Shown here: piece after piece, positions 42,083-55,043 of the stretch
How the letters are laid out: each line of letters opens with the position of its first letter
Position numbering within the stretch: position 1 is the stretch's first letter
Origin: the human T2T-CHM13v2.0 reference genome, Homo sapiens
NCBI RefSeq assembly: GCF_009914755.1
Contig: NC_060934.1
Direction: 5' to 3' (one strand)
DNA length: 64,000 bases
The notes under the pieces: generated by a model
Database searches by the model: none
What the model was told of the DNA's origin: nothing
The model's input: only the letters and a program-made list of their open reading frames with translations
Made by a program: the position numbers and the translations under genes

Positions 42083-43366
42083 CTAATTGGTGCTCTGATT
42101 ATTTCCCAGTATGTGTATTTTAACCAGAAACAGCCAGTTTTCACATGATAATAAATTAAAAATAATACAAAGGATATTGAGCTGAAAGCAAATGTATGTG
42201 AAGTTCATTTTAATGTTTTCTCACAATATAAATGTGTTATGTCATTCTATTATATCCATATCATCTTTGAATATTCCTTTTTATATTTAGATGGAACATT
42301 GAAAAAACTATGTAAGAGTTTGCTTTTCCCTTTTTAGCTTCCTGTTCTTCAATCATTTTTCATATTTATCACACAAAGAACTGAAGATTCACGTTCTCCT
42401 TGAAATACTAACTGCATTGTGTTTGGCTTTAAGGGTATACCTTTAGATAAACGAATTACTATATCCAGGGGAATGTTTTTTGCTATAAGTAGTCTTAAAT
42501 TTCATTCCTATAAATAAAAACCAGGGAAAATTCATCATGAAACATAAAAAGACTGGACTTTTTTTTTCCCTAATGGCCTTTAAAAAAAAAAATCAAACAT
42601 AAGTGTATGTTTCAATGTCAAACCAATGACAGCTTTGCAATTCCTAATGTGATTTTGCTTTTCTTTGTGTCAACTTGCAAAATGCTTTGCATTTCATTGT
42701 TAATATGTCTATAAAACCAATGCAAGGGTTAGTACCTAAAGCAAGTAATCATCAAACTCAAGAACCTACTCTTTAAATAATTAATTACGAGTGGAAAGGC
42801 ACCACTTTCTACACGCATCCACTTGTGAAATTTTAATGAAACTAGGTACAAGCTATATCTTGAATTAAAGGACTCTATATCTGTGAATCAATTTGAGTAT
42901 GCGTGAACAAAAAATAAATGATTATAATATTTAAGGACCTACTTAAAAGTTCACAGTGATACATGTCATTAAACATTCTGAGAAAGTAAAGTGCTCTAAA
43001 AAGCACGTTTTCTTCTCTAGAATGGAGAAGCAATAATAAAGAGTTTTTGTTTTTCTAATTATTTAAATTTTTGCTTATTTATTTAGGCGTGGTCTGGCTC
43101 TTTTAGAGGTAGCTTCCTTGAAACTTCATAATATCTATCCAGAGTTTTGTTACTGAGAAATCTGCTCATTAAATTAGCATAATTATCTGCAGTCAGTGTA
43201 ATATAATTTAGGGCTAATAAAAGAAATGCCATCCTAATAGATCAGCAATGACAAATCTAGTTTTTTTATCCAGTTTCTTACTAAAACTATTACATAAATA
43301 TTTAATCTATTAATAACCATAAACTAATGGTTAAAGAAAAGATTTAGTCACTGTGACAAAACTTGA

Positions 43367-43697
<331 letters not shown>

Positions 43698-44320
43698 TCG
43701 ACAAATCTTTTTAAAGAATTTTTATAGTGAAAGAAGTAAGAGAAGGCAATAAGGAAGTGAGATGACAGCTGAGTAACAAACAATGTGTATAATGTGGCCA
43801 TTGCCCATCTATCCTCCTAGGACATCTACCTTCTAGATGCCAGCCTCATAATTATTCTCTCATCAGTACTGGAGTTTTTTCAAGCATACAAGGTAAGAAA
43901 TTAATGAAATAGAAACACATATAAAATAAAGTCGGTAAACAAAACTAAATATTGCTTTTATGAAAACAGTGATAAATCCTTGATGAGACAAAAATTGATA
44001 AACCTCTGGCAAAAACAAATTACAAAATGAATAATAAACACTTAAAAATCAGAGAAAAAAGACAATGCACAAATAGCCAATGTCAGAAATAAAAATGATA
44101 TAATCACCCCAGATCTTACAAACATTAAGAGGATAAGTAAAATGTTTATTGAAAAGCTTTATGACAAAAATAATCAAAATTCAGTGGAAATAAATTTCTG
44201 AAAAATGCAAGTTTTCTAAAACAAACATAAGAAATATAAGAGCTAAGTAGTCCTATAACAAAGTAGTTGATTCATGTTAAATAATCTTCCTTCAACAAAT
44301 TCTAAGTTCGTAAGTTTCAC

Positions 44321-44806
44321 TGCAGCAGCATAATTAAGGAATCAGAGAGACCGAGGGGTTGAGGAGGAATTATTTAATTATTTAGGTGCACCCACCCAGT
44401 CGGATTAACATCCAAAGGACTGAGCCCCGAACAAAGAGTCCGGTTACCTTTTAAGCATTTTGTGGGGCAGGGGGAGATCTGTGCAGGGGGAAGCATATTA
44501 CAGAAGCGAGAAACAAAGACAGTTATTCAATTAAGACATGCATTACATCATTTCTTACTTTTCAAGGAACAACATGTTTTACGACTTGAGTTTATCTGCC
44601 TAGTGACCTTGCAGCTGCACTGCTAGAGAAACAGGGTCTTCACAATGCCTGGGAAAGGGAGAGATAAGGCTCACTAGCCACAGAAAAACAGGCAGTTAAT
44701 TTTAAAGGACTCCAGCTCTTTCTCTTCTTCAGGAGGAATTGGATTTTCTTACATACAACTGAGTATTTGCTTACACATTCTTTAATTTCTTTTAATTCCT
44801 GTTCTG
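44321..44806 (-). mobile_element. LTR15-like ERV1 solo LTR
   Basis: Reverse complement starts ..GAACAGGAATTAAAAGAAATTAAAGAATGTGTAAGC; 4-bp TSD tcac. Confidence 0.8.
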
Positions 44807-44838
44807 TCACTAGCAACTTTTAAGAATTAATCACATTT

Positions 44839-45141
<303 letters not shown>

Positions 45142-46598
45142 TCACATTTAATTAATTTAATTTCATTTCATTTAAGAATTGACCAACTTCTACAAGTACT
45201 TTCAAAGAACAGGAAAAGATGTAATACTTCCCAATACATGTCATGAGCACAGCATAGTTTTGATACAAACCCTGACAAAGACATTGTAAGAAAGAAAAAT
45301 TTTAGACCAATGTTACATATAAACACAAATGTGAAGCGTTGTATGCATATAATATATATTATGTCATATATGATGTGAAGTAATAAATATATATAATATA
45401 AATGTGTGATATAATATAAATACATGATATATGTGAATAACCAAATATGTATGTGTGTATATATATATTATAAATTATATATTATATATATATATATATC
45501 TGTTTTTATAGTTACTCTATGAATGCAAGTTTGGTTTAACTTAAAACCTCAGTGTAACTCAACACATTAGCGGAATGAGAAACAAGTACATGATAATTAT
45601 AATAGGTGCATAGAAAACATTTGGTAAAATACATCTGTTCATAATAAAAATTTTTAGAAAACTAGGAAATGAAGGAAAGTTAACATTATTAATATAATAA
45701 AAGGCATCTGCAAAAAAACCTCACAGCATATTTAATGGTAAAATGTTGAAAACTTTCACTTTGATATGAGGAATAAGCCAAGTATACCCACTATTGCCAC
45801 TTCTTTCAAGATATTTTAACTGCTTACTGGGTATCTTAGTGAGAAAATAAGACATGAAAAAGAAATATAAGTTATAAGGACTGAAAAGGAAAAAACTGCT
45901 GTAATTATTTACAGCTAGTATGATTGGTTACACAGAAAGTTTAGAACAATTTCAAGGTTAATAAATTAATTATTGACTTTATTAGGTTTGTTAGTTATAC
46001 AATTAATATATAATGTTTAATTTCTATAGATCTTGAAACAAATATAAAATAATTAAGTAAAATCATAAGTTAAAAATAAATACATTAGAATAAATTTTAC
46101 AAAAGACACATATAACTTAAAAATTTTAATGAGCGATATTAAAGAAGACATATAGAGACACATACTATGTATTTTTTTCAAATTGATCTTTAAAGATTCA
46201 GTTAAATTCTTACCAAATTTCTGCCAGATATTAAAGACCTGAGGAACTGATTCTAAAATGTATAAGGAAATGCAGTGACCTAAAATTAGCCAAGAAAGTC
46301 TTGAAGAATGTGGTGTGAGGAATTCTTTATTGAAGATCATATATAAAGTTAGCATAATTTTCGCATTGTGATATTGTCTATAAAGATAGACAAACCAAAG
46401 GGAAAGAATACATATCCCAGAAATAGACACCCACACAGAGGGATATCTGATTTCCAACAGATGGGGCACTGCAAAATAGTGCAGAAAGGGCATTTTCAAT
46501 GATGGGCTAAAGCTTTGTTTCCATGCAGAAAAATTAGTGAAACCTGACATCCCCCACCTACTTTATGTGAATATCAGTTCCAGGTGGGTTTTATTGAA

Positions 46599-46958
46599 CA
46601 AATGTTCCCCAATTTATGATGGTTTCATTTAGGATTTTTTGACTTTACAATGCTATGAAAGGAATATTCAGTAGAAACTGTACTTTGAGTACCCACACAA
46701 CCATTGTTTTTCACTTTCTGTATGGTGTTCAATAAATTACATGAAATATTCAACAATTTATTATAAAACAAGCTTTTTGTTACGTGCTTTTGTCCAACTG
46801 TAGGCTAATGTAAGTGTTCTGAGCATGTCTTGAGTAGACTAGGCCAAGCTATGAAGTTTGTTAAGTTGAATGTGTTGAATGCATTTTTGGCTTATGATAT
46901 TTTCAATTTGCAATGCGTTTATCAGGATGTAACCCCATCATAAGTGGAGGAGCATCTG
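46599..46958. mobile_element. MER47A (Tigger-family MITE)
   Basis: Terminal ...taagtggaggagcatctg and internal ccaactgtaggctaatgtaagtgttctgagca. Confidence 0.8.
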
Positions 46959-47151
46959 TCCGTCTAAATGTGAAAGACATAACACTAAACCTCCTAGAAT
47001 GACCTAGAATATGATCTATACAAAAATATGATTGTTATCTCCATAAGAGGAAGACTTCTTAAATGAGCACAAAATTAACCATAAAAGATTAATAAATTGG
47101 ATGATACTAAATTTAGACACTTCTGTTCAACAAGATGCCATTAAGAGATGA

Positions 47152-47472
<321 letters not shown>

Positions 47473-47722
47473 AGAACATATTTTTTTTTAACTCTAAATC
47501 CATAAGAAAAAAGCAACAGAAAAATTAGCAAGACACTTGAACATGAAATTCACAAAACAAAATGAGCAAGTAATCATATGAATACATCCTAACCTTGTAA
47601 ATTATCTGGCAAATCCAAATTAAATGTACAACTAGGTAGCACTAGATAATTGGTTCATACATACTACCACTTGCCAAGCAGAATGGCTAAAATTTGAGAA
47701 GACTGACAATACTAAATGTTAG

Positions 47723-48204
47723 TGTTATAGACTGACTGTGTCTCCCCAGATTCATATGTTCAGTCCTAACCCCCAATGTGATAGCATTTGGAAATGGGGC
47801 GTTTGTGAGGTAACTAATGTTAGCTGAGGTCATGAGAGTGGGACCACCATGATGGGATTAGTGGCCTTATGAAAGACACCCAGAGAAACCTCTCTCTGTG
47901 TCCCTCTCTGTCTCTTTCTCTCTTTCTCTTTCTCCCTGCCTCTGCCTGTCTCTCTCTTTCTCTGTCTCTCTCTATTTCTCTGTCTCGCTCTCCATTATGC
48001 CTTGCATGCGAAAAAAATAGATCATGTGAGCACACAATGAGATGGCAGCTGCCTAAGGCCAAGAGGAGTTTTCAAAATGAAACCTACCCTGTCAGCACGT
48101 TGACCTTAGACGTCCCAGCTTCCATAACTGTGAGAAATATGTTTCTGTTGTCTGAGCCACCAGACTATGGTGTTTTGTTACAGTAGCCCAAGTTCACTAA
48201 GACA
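47723..48204 (+). mobile_element. MLT1A/B MaLR LTR with (TC)n
   Basis: tgttatagactga...cctaacccccaatgtga...ctaagaca. Confidence 0.82.
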
Positions 48205-48388
48205 ACTGGCAAATACCAAGGATGCTGCCAAGAAACTGTTGACAATGCCTAGGAAATGAAGCAACTAGACTTTCATACCTACTGCTAAGAGTGTAAATGT
48301 GTCATTATCTTCTAAAGCTGAGCATATGGTTGCCTCATAACCCACCATTCACCCCCTTCAGGAATTCCATATATATGTCAATCCAGGA

Positions 48389-48419
<31 letters not shown>

Positions 48420-48884
48420 CTCCAATAAAATGTGCAACCAGTATACGAAATTGCATACATATGTGGATTGAGAGACATATATAAGAATAATGATCACCAC
48501 ATTATGATAAATAGGAAAAAAGCCAAATATCTGTCAATCGTGTGTGTGTCTGTATAATACATTAAGTAAAGTGTAGCATAGTAATAAAATAGAACAATAG
48601 AATGAACAAACTATAGTATATGCAACAGTGTCGAATCTCACAAACACAACGTCCAGGAAAGAGGATAGATGCAAAAACATATATATTAGTAATATAGTAT
48701 TTAGGTGTGCAAGTCTAGGTGGTGAAATTATGAAAGAAAATATGAAAAGGAGATCTTGACAATTACCTACTTTTTGACTTAGAAGCTATCACACAACCAT
48801 GATTTATGTGATAATTCATGAAACTGTATTTTGATTTTTTTAAGTTGAGATAATTCATATACCATAACATTTACCATTTAGCCT

Positions 48885-49427
48885 ATTATACAGGTATCAC
48901 GAAGACATTCTCCATTGCATAAGCTTACATCAGACCGGAATAACCCACTGATAGTTAACAGCCTAGTATTAATAAACAATATAATAAGCACCCTATTATT
49001 TACACTGTTAACCCAACACAGCCATGCTCTAAGGAAAGATTACAAAAAGTAAAAGGAATTCAGCCAATCTTACCCCGCCTGTTTACCAAAAACATCACCT
49101 CTAGCATTACCAGTATTAAAGGCACTGCCTTCCCAGTGATATATGTTCAATGGCTGTGGTATCCTGACTGTGCAAAGGTAGCATAATCACTTGTTCCCTC
49201 GACAGGGGCTTGTATGAATGGCCACACAAGGGTTCAGCTGTCTCTTTTAATCAATGAAATCGACGTATCCATGAAGAGGCGGATATAAACAAATAAGACA
49301 AGAAGACCCTATGGAGCTTTAATTCATTAATGCAAATAAAAACTCAAACAAGCCTAGAGGCCCTAGCCTACTATCCCTGCATTAAAAAATGTGGTTGGGG
49401 TGACCTCAGAGCATAATTCAACCTCCG
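48885..49427 (+). pseudogene. mt 16S rRNA (MT-RNR2) fragment, including the humanin/SHLP-coding region
   Basis: Contains cgcctgtttaccaaaaacatcacctctagc, gtgcaaaggtagcataatcacttgttcc and agaagaccctatggagctttaat; ends at aacctccg. Confidence 0.95.
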
Positions 49428-49692
49428 TAGGGAGGGGACTTTGTAAGAGGAGAGCGATAGAAAGGGTCAGGTTTGGAGCAATAATATAAAGGGTAATAGT
49501 AGATGTTGAGGGCGGTAAAGGTTCTTTGGTGAAAAGTTTTATTGCATCAATGAATGGTTGAAGCAGGCCATAGGGACCTACAATGTTGGGTCCTTTGTGT
49601 GGTTGTATATAGCCTAAACTTTTTCTTTTGATGAGTGCAAGGAACGCTATAACGGTAAGAGTGGGGATAAGGAGAAGGTTAATTATAGGCAT
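49428..49692 (-). pseudogene. mt ND1 5' fragment (about codons 1-90), inverted
   Basis: Translation ...[37 protein letters not shown]... matches ND1 [38 protein letters not shown]. Confidence 0.95.
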
Positions 49693-49694
49693 AT

Positions 49695-49769
49695 TGTTAA
49701 GAAGAGGAGTTGAAATTCTGATTATAAAGTTTTAGGTTTTATGCAATTGCTGGGCTCTGCCATCTTAAC
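49695..49769 (-). tRNA. NUMT mt-tRNA-Leu(UUR) pseudogene
   Basis: Reverse complement reads gttaagatggcagagcccagcaattgcataaaacctaaaacttt...cctcttcttaaca, 75 nt, with anticodon TAA and U33 changed to C. Confidence 0.9.
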
Positions 49770-49773
49770 AAAC

Positions 49774-49851
49774 TTAGCACTTACACTAGCATTTTTGCAT
49801 ATGACATATCTCAATGCCTGTCTTAATTTCCAGCATCCCACACCAAACATA
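49774..49851 (+). pseudogene. mt ND1 3' end fragment
   Basis: cacttacactagca...atttccagcatcccacaccaaacata directly precedes tRNA-Ile, as in mtDNA. Confidence 0.85.
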
Positions 49852-49920
49852 TGAAATATGTCTGACAAAAGAATTACTTTGATAGAGTAAACAATAGAGG
49901 TTAAAATGCTCTTATTTCTA
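49852..49920 (+). tRNA. NUMT mt-tRNA-Ile pseudogene
   Basis: gaaatatgtctgacaaaagaattactttGATagagtaa...ttatttcta, 69 nt, anticodon GAT at 49881. Confidence 0.9.
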
Positions 49921-49936
49921 GGATTTGAAATAATTC

Positions 49937-50009
49937 CTAGGTTCTATAGGAATTGAACCTACCCCTGAGAATCCAGAATTCTCTGTGCTACCTATTACAC
50001 CACGTCCTA
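49937..50009 (-). tRNA. NUMT mt-tRNA-Gln with anticodon CTG (mt gene has TTG)
   Basis: Reverse complement TAGGACGTGGTGTAATAGGTAGCACAGAGAATTCTGGATTCTCAGGGGTAGGTTCAATTCCTATAGAACCTAG; the anticodon corresponds to cag at 49974-49976. Confidence 0.88.
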
Positions 50010-50010
50010 G

Positions 50011-50078
50011 AGCAAGGTCAGCTAAATAAGCTATCGGGCCCATACCTCACAAATGTAGGTTACACCCTTCCCGTACTA
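50011..50078 (+). tRNA. NUMT mt-tRNA-Met pseudogene
   Basis: agcaaggtcagctaaataagctatcgggccCATacc...cccttcccgtacta, 68 nt. Confidence 0.9.
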
Positions 50079-50908
50079 ATTAATCCCTTAGCTCAACTTA
50101 GTATTTCTCTTACTATTTTCACAGGAACTCTTATCACAATGCTAGGCTCACACTGATTTCTCACCTGAACAGGCCTAGAAATAAACAAACTAGCCTTACT
50201 CCAATCTTAATTTAAAAAATAAATCCCTGCTCTACAGAAGCAGCCACCAAATATTTCCTTACACAAGCAAGCACATCTATAATTCTTATAATAGACATCC
50301 CTCCCAATAACCTGGCTTCCAGACAATGAAAAATTATAAACACTATCAATCAATTCTCATTCTTAATAATAGTGGCCCTAGTAATAAAACTAGGAATAGC
50401 CCCCTTTCACTTCTGAGTCTCAGAGGTAACCCAAGGAATCTCTGTAATGTCTGGTATACTTCTGATATGACAAAAACTAGCCCCTATCTCGATTATGTTT
50501 CAAATTTTCCCATCAACAAACATGAACATCCCCTTATCTATCAGAATCCTATCCATTAGAGTGGGCAGTTGAGGGAGACTTAATGAAACCCAACTGTGTA
50601 AAATCCTGGCCTATTCCTCAATCACTCACATAGGTTGAATAACAGCAGTACTAATTTATAACCCAAATATTACCACCCTAAACCTGATTATTTACCTTAT
50701 CTTAACAACAGCCGCATTTCTAGCACTCAACCTGAGTGTAAGCACCACAACCCTGTCACTATCTCACGCCTGAAACAAATGAGCATGGCTGACACCTGTA
50801 ATTCCACTAATTCTACTATCCCTAGGAGGTTTACCCCCATTAACAGGGTTCCTGCCTAAACGCATCATCATCCAAGAACTTACAAAGAGCAATAGCCTTA
50901 TTACCCCT
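50079..50908 (+). pseudogene. mt ND2 pseudogene, 3'-truncated and frameshifted
   Basis: INPLAQLSISLTIFTGTLITMLGSHW...; also contains cccctttcacttctgagt (APFHFW) and ctaggaggtttacccccattaacagggttcctgcctaaa ([13 protein letters not shown]). Frameshift near 50195. Confidence 0.95.
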
Positions 50909-51734
50909 ATATAAATTATAAAATTCAGTGATTTTTATATATATTCTCATCTTGTGCATCTATTACCACAGTCTAATCCCAGAATGTTTCTGTCACCTCA
51001 AAAACATATTCCATATCTGTGAGCCCTTATTCCCAATTCTCCCTTTCCCACATTACCTGACAATCAGTAATGCGCTTTCTGTCTTTGTAGATTTCCCTAT
51101 TCTAGATACTTAATATAGACAAAATTATCTACTTCTCTGCAGAATTCACAGAAAAATAGGGAACTTATATAATATGTAACTTTTTATGTCTGGCTTCTTT
51201 CACTTAGCTAATGTTTTCAAGATTGTCAATGTTGTAGGGTGTTCTACTACTTTAATACTATGTATTGTTGAATAATATATAGATATATGGATATATTTAT
51301 ATGGTATAGATATGTCATATTTTGTTTGTACATTCATCAGTTGATAAAATGAATTATTTCCACTTTTCAGCTATTATGAATAGGTCTGCTGTGCACATTC
51401 ATGTATAAGTTTTTGTGTGACAAGTAGTTTCAATTATCTTGTGTAGGTATCAAGGAGTAAGATTACTGGGTTATATTTTTTAACTTCTTCAGATATCACC
51501 AAACTATTTTCCACACTGATTGCATCATTTACATTCTTACCAGCAATGCATGAGGTTTCCAGTTTCTCCATATTGTCACAAAGATTTGTTAATATCCATG
51601 TTTTTTATTGTAGCCACCCTAGTGGTGATAAAGTGGTGTTTTGTGGTTTTAAGTTGGATTTCTCTAATGACTAATAATGTTGGGAATCTTTTCATGTGCT
51701 TGTTAGCCATTTGTATATCTTCTTTGGAGATCTG

Positions 51735-52526
51735 TGTAATGAATTCTTAAAATTTTTTGTTGCATCTGTATCCATTTTCAATACAAGTTTAACTTTCTCA
51801 CACCAGAATCAGCACTAATTTACCCTTGACACAGTGTCCAGTCTAGACCACACCCAGATTACTCAAGCTGGTGGCCAGAGATGAGAACTCAGGAACTCCT
51901 TTTCTGTCTAGGAGACTGGGATTCCCTCTTTCCTGCCACTTCCTTTAAATGCACTATTCAAGCATTTGCCCAAAAACTTAAAGTGATCCACACCCTATTT
52001 CCTTATATATACTTTCATGAGCTCATTCTCTTTCTGCCTGACTCTTCATTCCTGCCTACATGATACAAGGATAAAGGACCACCCTTCTGACTCATTGCAC
52101 CCTCCTTGACCAGGATCTGTAAGTAAAAACCTTTGAACTTGTTCCCTATTGTGGTGGTGTATTAAATTTGCGCTTTCTACCTAAAGCACCAAGGGTTGCT
52201 CCAGGTTGAGCTTTGCTTGGGACACCAGAAGAGAACACAAGGTCAGGTTCCTAGCCCCAGAGCCTTAGTCAGAGAATCATAAACTTGACACATTGCAGAA
52301 GAGCCACAAGGGCATCTGCCAGTGTAAACACGTTTCCCATGTGAGAGACAATCCCCTAGTCACAGGTTGGACAACAAGGCTTCAGGTCACCTGCCAGGTA
52401 AAAGAAGTATCACATGAAAAGCACAGAGTAAACACCCACATCTAGTTCTTCGTTGTATTGTGTTAGGGGCGGGTTGCTAGCTTCTCTAGTACTAGAACCT
52501 CAGTTTAGCTGGGAGCTCCAAAAACA
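51735..52526 (+). mobile_element. ERVL solo LTR (MER54/73/74 group)
   Basis: TG...CA ends, TSD atctg / aactg, ends tttagctgggagctccaaaaaca. Confidence 0.72.
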
Positions 52527-54575
52527 AACTGTCTACTCAAATACTTTGGCCATTTTTCATGGACTTATTTTTAAATTGTTGAGTTGTAAGTGTTCTTTAT
52601 ATATTGTGGATACTAGACCCTTATCAGACAGATGATTTGCAAACACTTTCTGCCATTCTGTGGGTTGTCTTTTTGCTTCCTTAATCGTGTCCTTTGATGT
52701 ACAATTTGTTTTTATTTTTATGATGTATGATTTCTTTATGTTTTGCCCTTGGTTGTGTGTTAGATGTTATATCTAAGAAACTCTTGCCAATTACAAGGTC
52801 AAGAAGATTTATACTGTTCTCTTCTAGAGTTTTTCTTGAGATTCTTGCATGTGTATAGTTCTTTGAAATCAAATTTGAGAAATATTTGCCCATATTTCTT
52901 CATATGTTCTTTCTGGCCATTTTACTTTTCCTCCTTCTTATGGGCCTCCCATGAGTGGTTGTTGGTGTACTTCATAGTTCCCACAGATCTCTGAAGTCTG
53001 TTCATTTTCCTTCATTTATTTTTCTTTCTGTTTCTCATACTAGAGAATTGTATGATCTTTAAATGTATGGCTTCTTTCTTCTGCATGCTGGAATCTGCTT
53101 TTGAGACCCTCTAGTAATCTTTTTAAAATTTCAGTTATTGTATTTTTCATCTGCATAATTTTAGTTTAGTTCTTTTTTATAATTTCAATATATTTGTTGA
53201 TATTCTGTATTTGGTGAGACCTAATTTTTATGCTTTCTAAATTTTTATGCTTTCAGCTCTTAAAAATGACAGTAAAGGAAACAAAATTTATAAATACCAT
53301 AGATATTTTAGTAAAAGCAAAAAATATTTATTGGTTAAAAACACAAAAACACTTACTGTATACAAAACATACACCTAATGTAAAGTGAAGTTGAAAGTAG
53401 AGTGGTGAACTAAGTCATATTTTTTTAAATGTCAGCAAAATCAAATTCTGATTAAGAAAATTAATATTTGAAAAAGCTGAAGCCAAGGAAATATCATTAA
53501 GTGTTACTGGGAGCTCTTATTATGCTTATAAAGAATATGATAAGAATATGATAGCATAACTGCCACGAATCCTCTTTACCAAATCACATAATATTTAAAT
53601 ATATAAAGAAAAAAATCCTCTGAGTAGAAAACAATACTAGGGAGAGATTTAAACATAATTGTCCCTGTCATTAGCAAATCAAATACATCAAAAACTTAAG
53701 TGTATAAGGTATAAATAATAAGGCTAGTCTAGAAACACATAAAAATCTATACCCTGTCAAAAACATCTTTCCAAGCTCCATGAAATATTTATAAAAATTG
53801 ATCATTAAAAGAATCCTAAAAAAATCAATACATTAACATCACCTGAATTGATTATGTTCTCTTTTCAAAAAGCAATGGAAATCATTATGGCCTAAGTAGA
53901 AACCAAACTGAAACTTATTTACCTGACGGAAAATTAAAATCTGTCTCAGATGCAACTGTTAATAAGAAGAGATAAAAGAACGGTTTGATTGTGTAATATA
54001 TTTGAGGATTGGTGACAAAGAGTTATCTTTTATGAGATGTCACCAAAGATGTATGCACATGAAGATTTGTCACTTTACTTATTTTGCCAGTAGATATAAG
54101 GATAATTTAATTATGTATTTAATTCAATTAAAAATGGCAAAAGAATAACAAACCTATGGACTACATTAAAAACTGACTAATAAAGATCAAATGGGAAATT
54201 TGACAAATTATAGCACACGGGCATATGTTAAAACTGATTATGAGACCCATGCACTTCAACGGTAATAAAAGAGATAAGCTACCAGCTTGTTCAATAAAGT
54301 AAAGAAAATATGAAAATCACGAAGAGAAACGAGATAAGGAAAAGCTTTACAACTACTGGCCAGATTTTGAAACTTTAAAAAGTTATTTGTACTAATGAAG
54401 GCTAATCAATTTGAAAACCTAGGTAAAATTTATGATTTTCTAGGGAAATGTCAATAAAAAATTGAGGCAACAGATAACAGAAATCATGGAGTAATAACTA
54501 TAGCAGACATTCAGAAATCCAAAAGCAAAGATGATTTCAAAGGAAATTATTTCAGATCTTCTAGAAAAATATTTA

Positions 54576-55043
<468 letters not shown>

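Larger units (their letters stand above)
48885..50908. pseudogene. Ancient rearranged NUMT (nuclear copy of mtDNA) in three segments
   Basis: Clear similarity to mt 16S, tRNA-Leu, ND1, tRNA-Ile/Gln/Met and ND2, with many substitutions and indels. The middle segment is inverted. Confidence 0.97.
48833..52830 (-). mobile_element. L1MB-type 3' segment, interrupted by the NUMT and an LTR
   Basis: ttgagataattcatataccataacatttaccattta resumes after the NUMT as aaattataaaattcagtgattttta. Confidence 0.8.

Noticed and set aside
44570-44591. p53-like half sites in the LTR15-like element
   Set aside because: The second half site has several mismatches to RRRCWWGYYY.
49060-49144. SHLP4 and SHLP1 homologous frames (minus strand)
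   Set aside because: The SHLP4 frame stops after MLEVMFLVNRRGKIG (CGA>TGA); the SHLP1 frame has ATA instead of ATG and no upstream in-frame ATG.
49218-49250. Humanin-like (MTRNR2L-type) ORF in the 16S NUMT
   Set aside because: A 4-nt deletion gives MATQGFSCLF* (10 aa), losing most of the humanin core.
49695-49769. NUMT as a source of false mt-tRNA-Leu heteroplasmy
   Set aside because: The position equivalent to m.3243 is still A, and overall divergence is high enough that reads should map uniquely.
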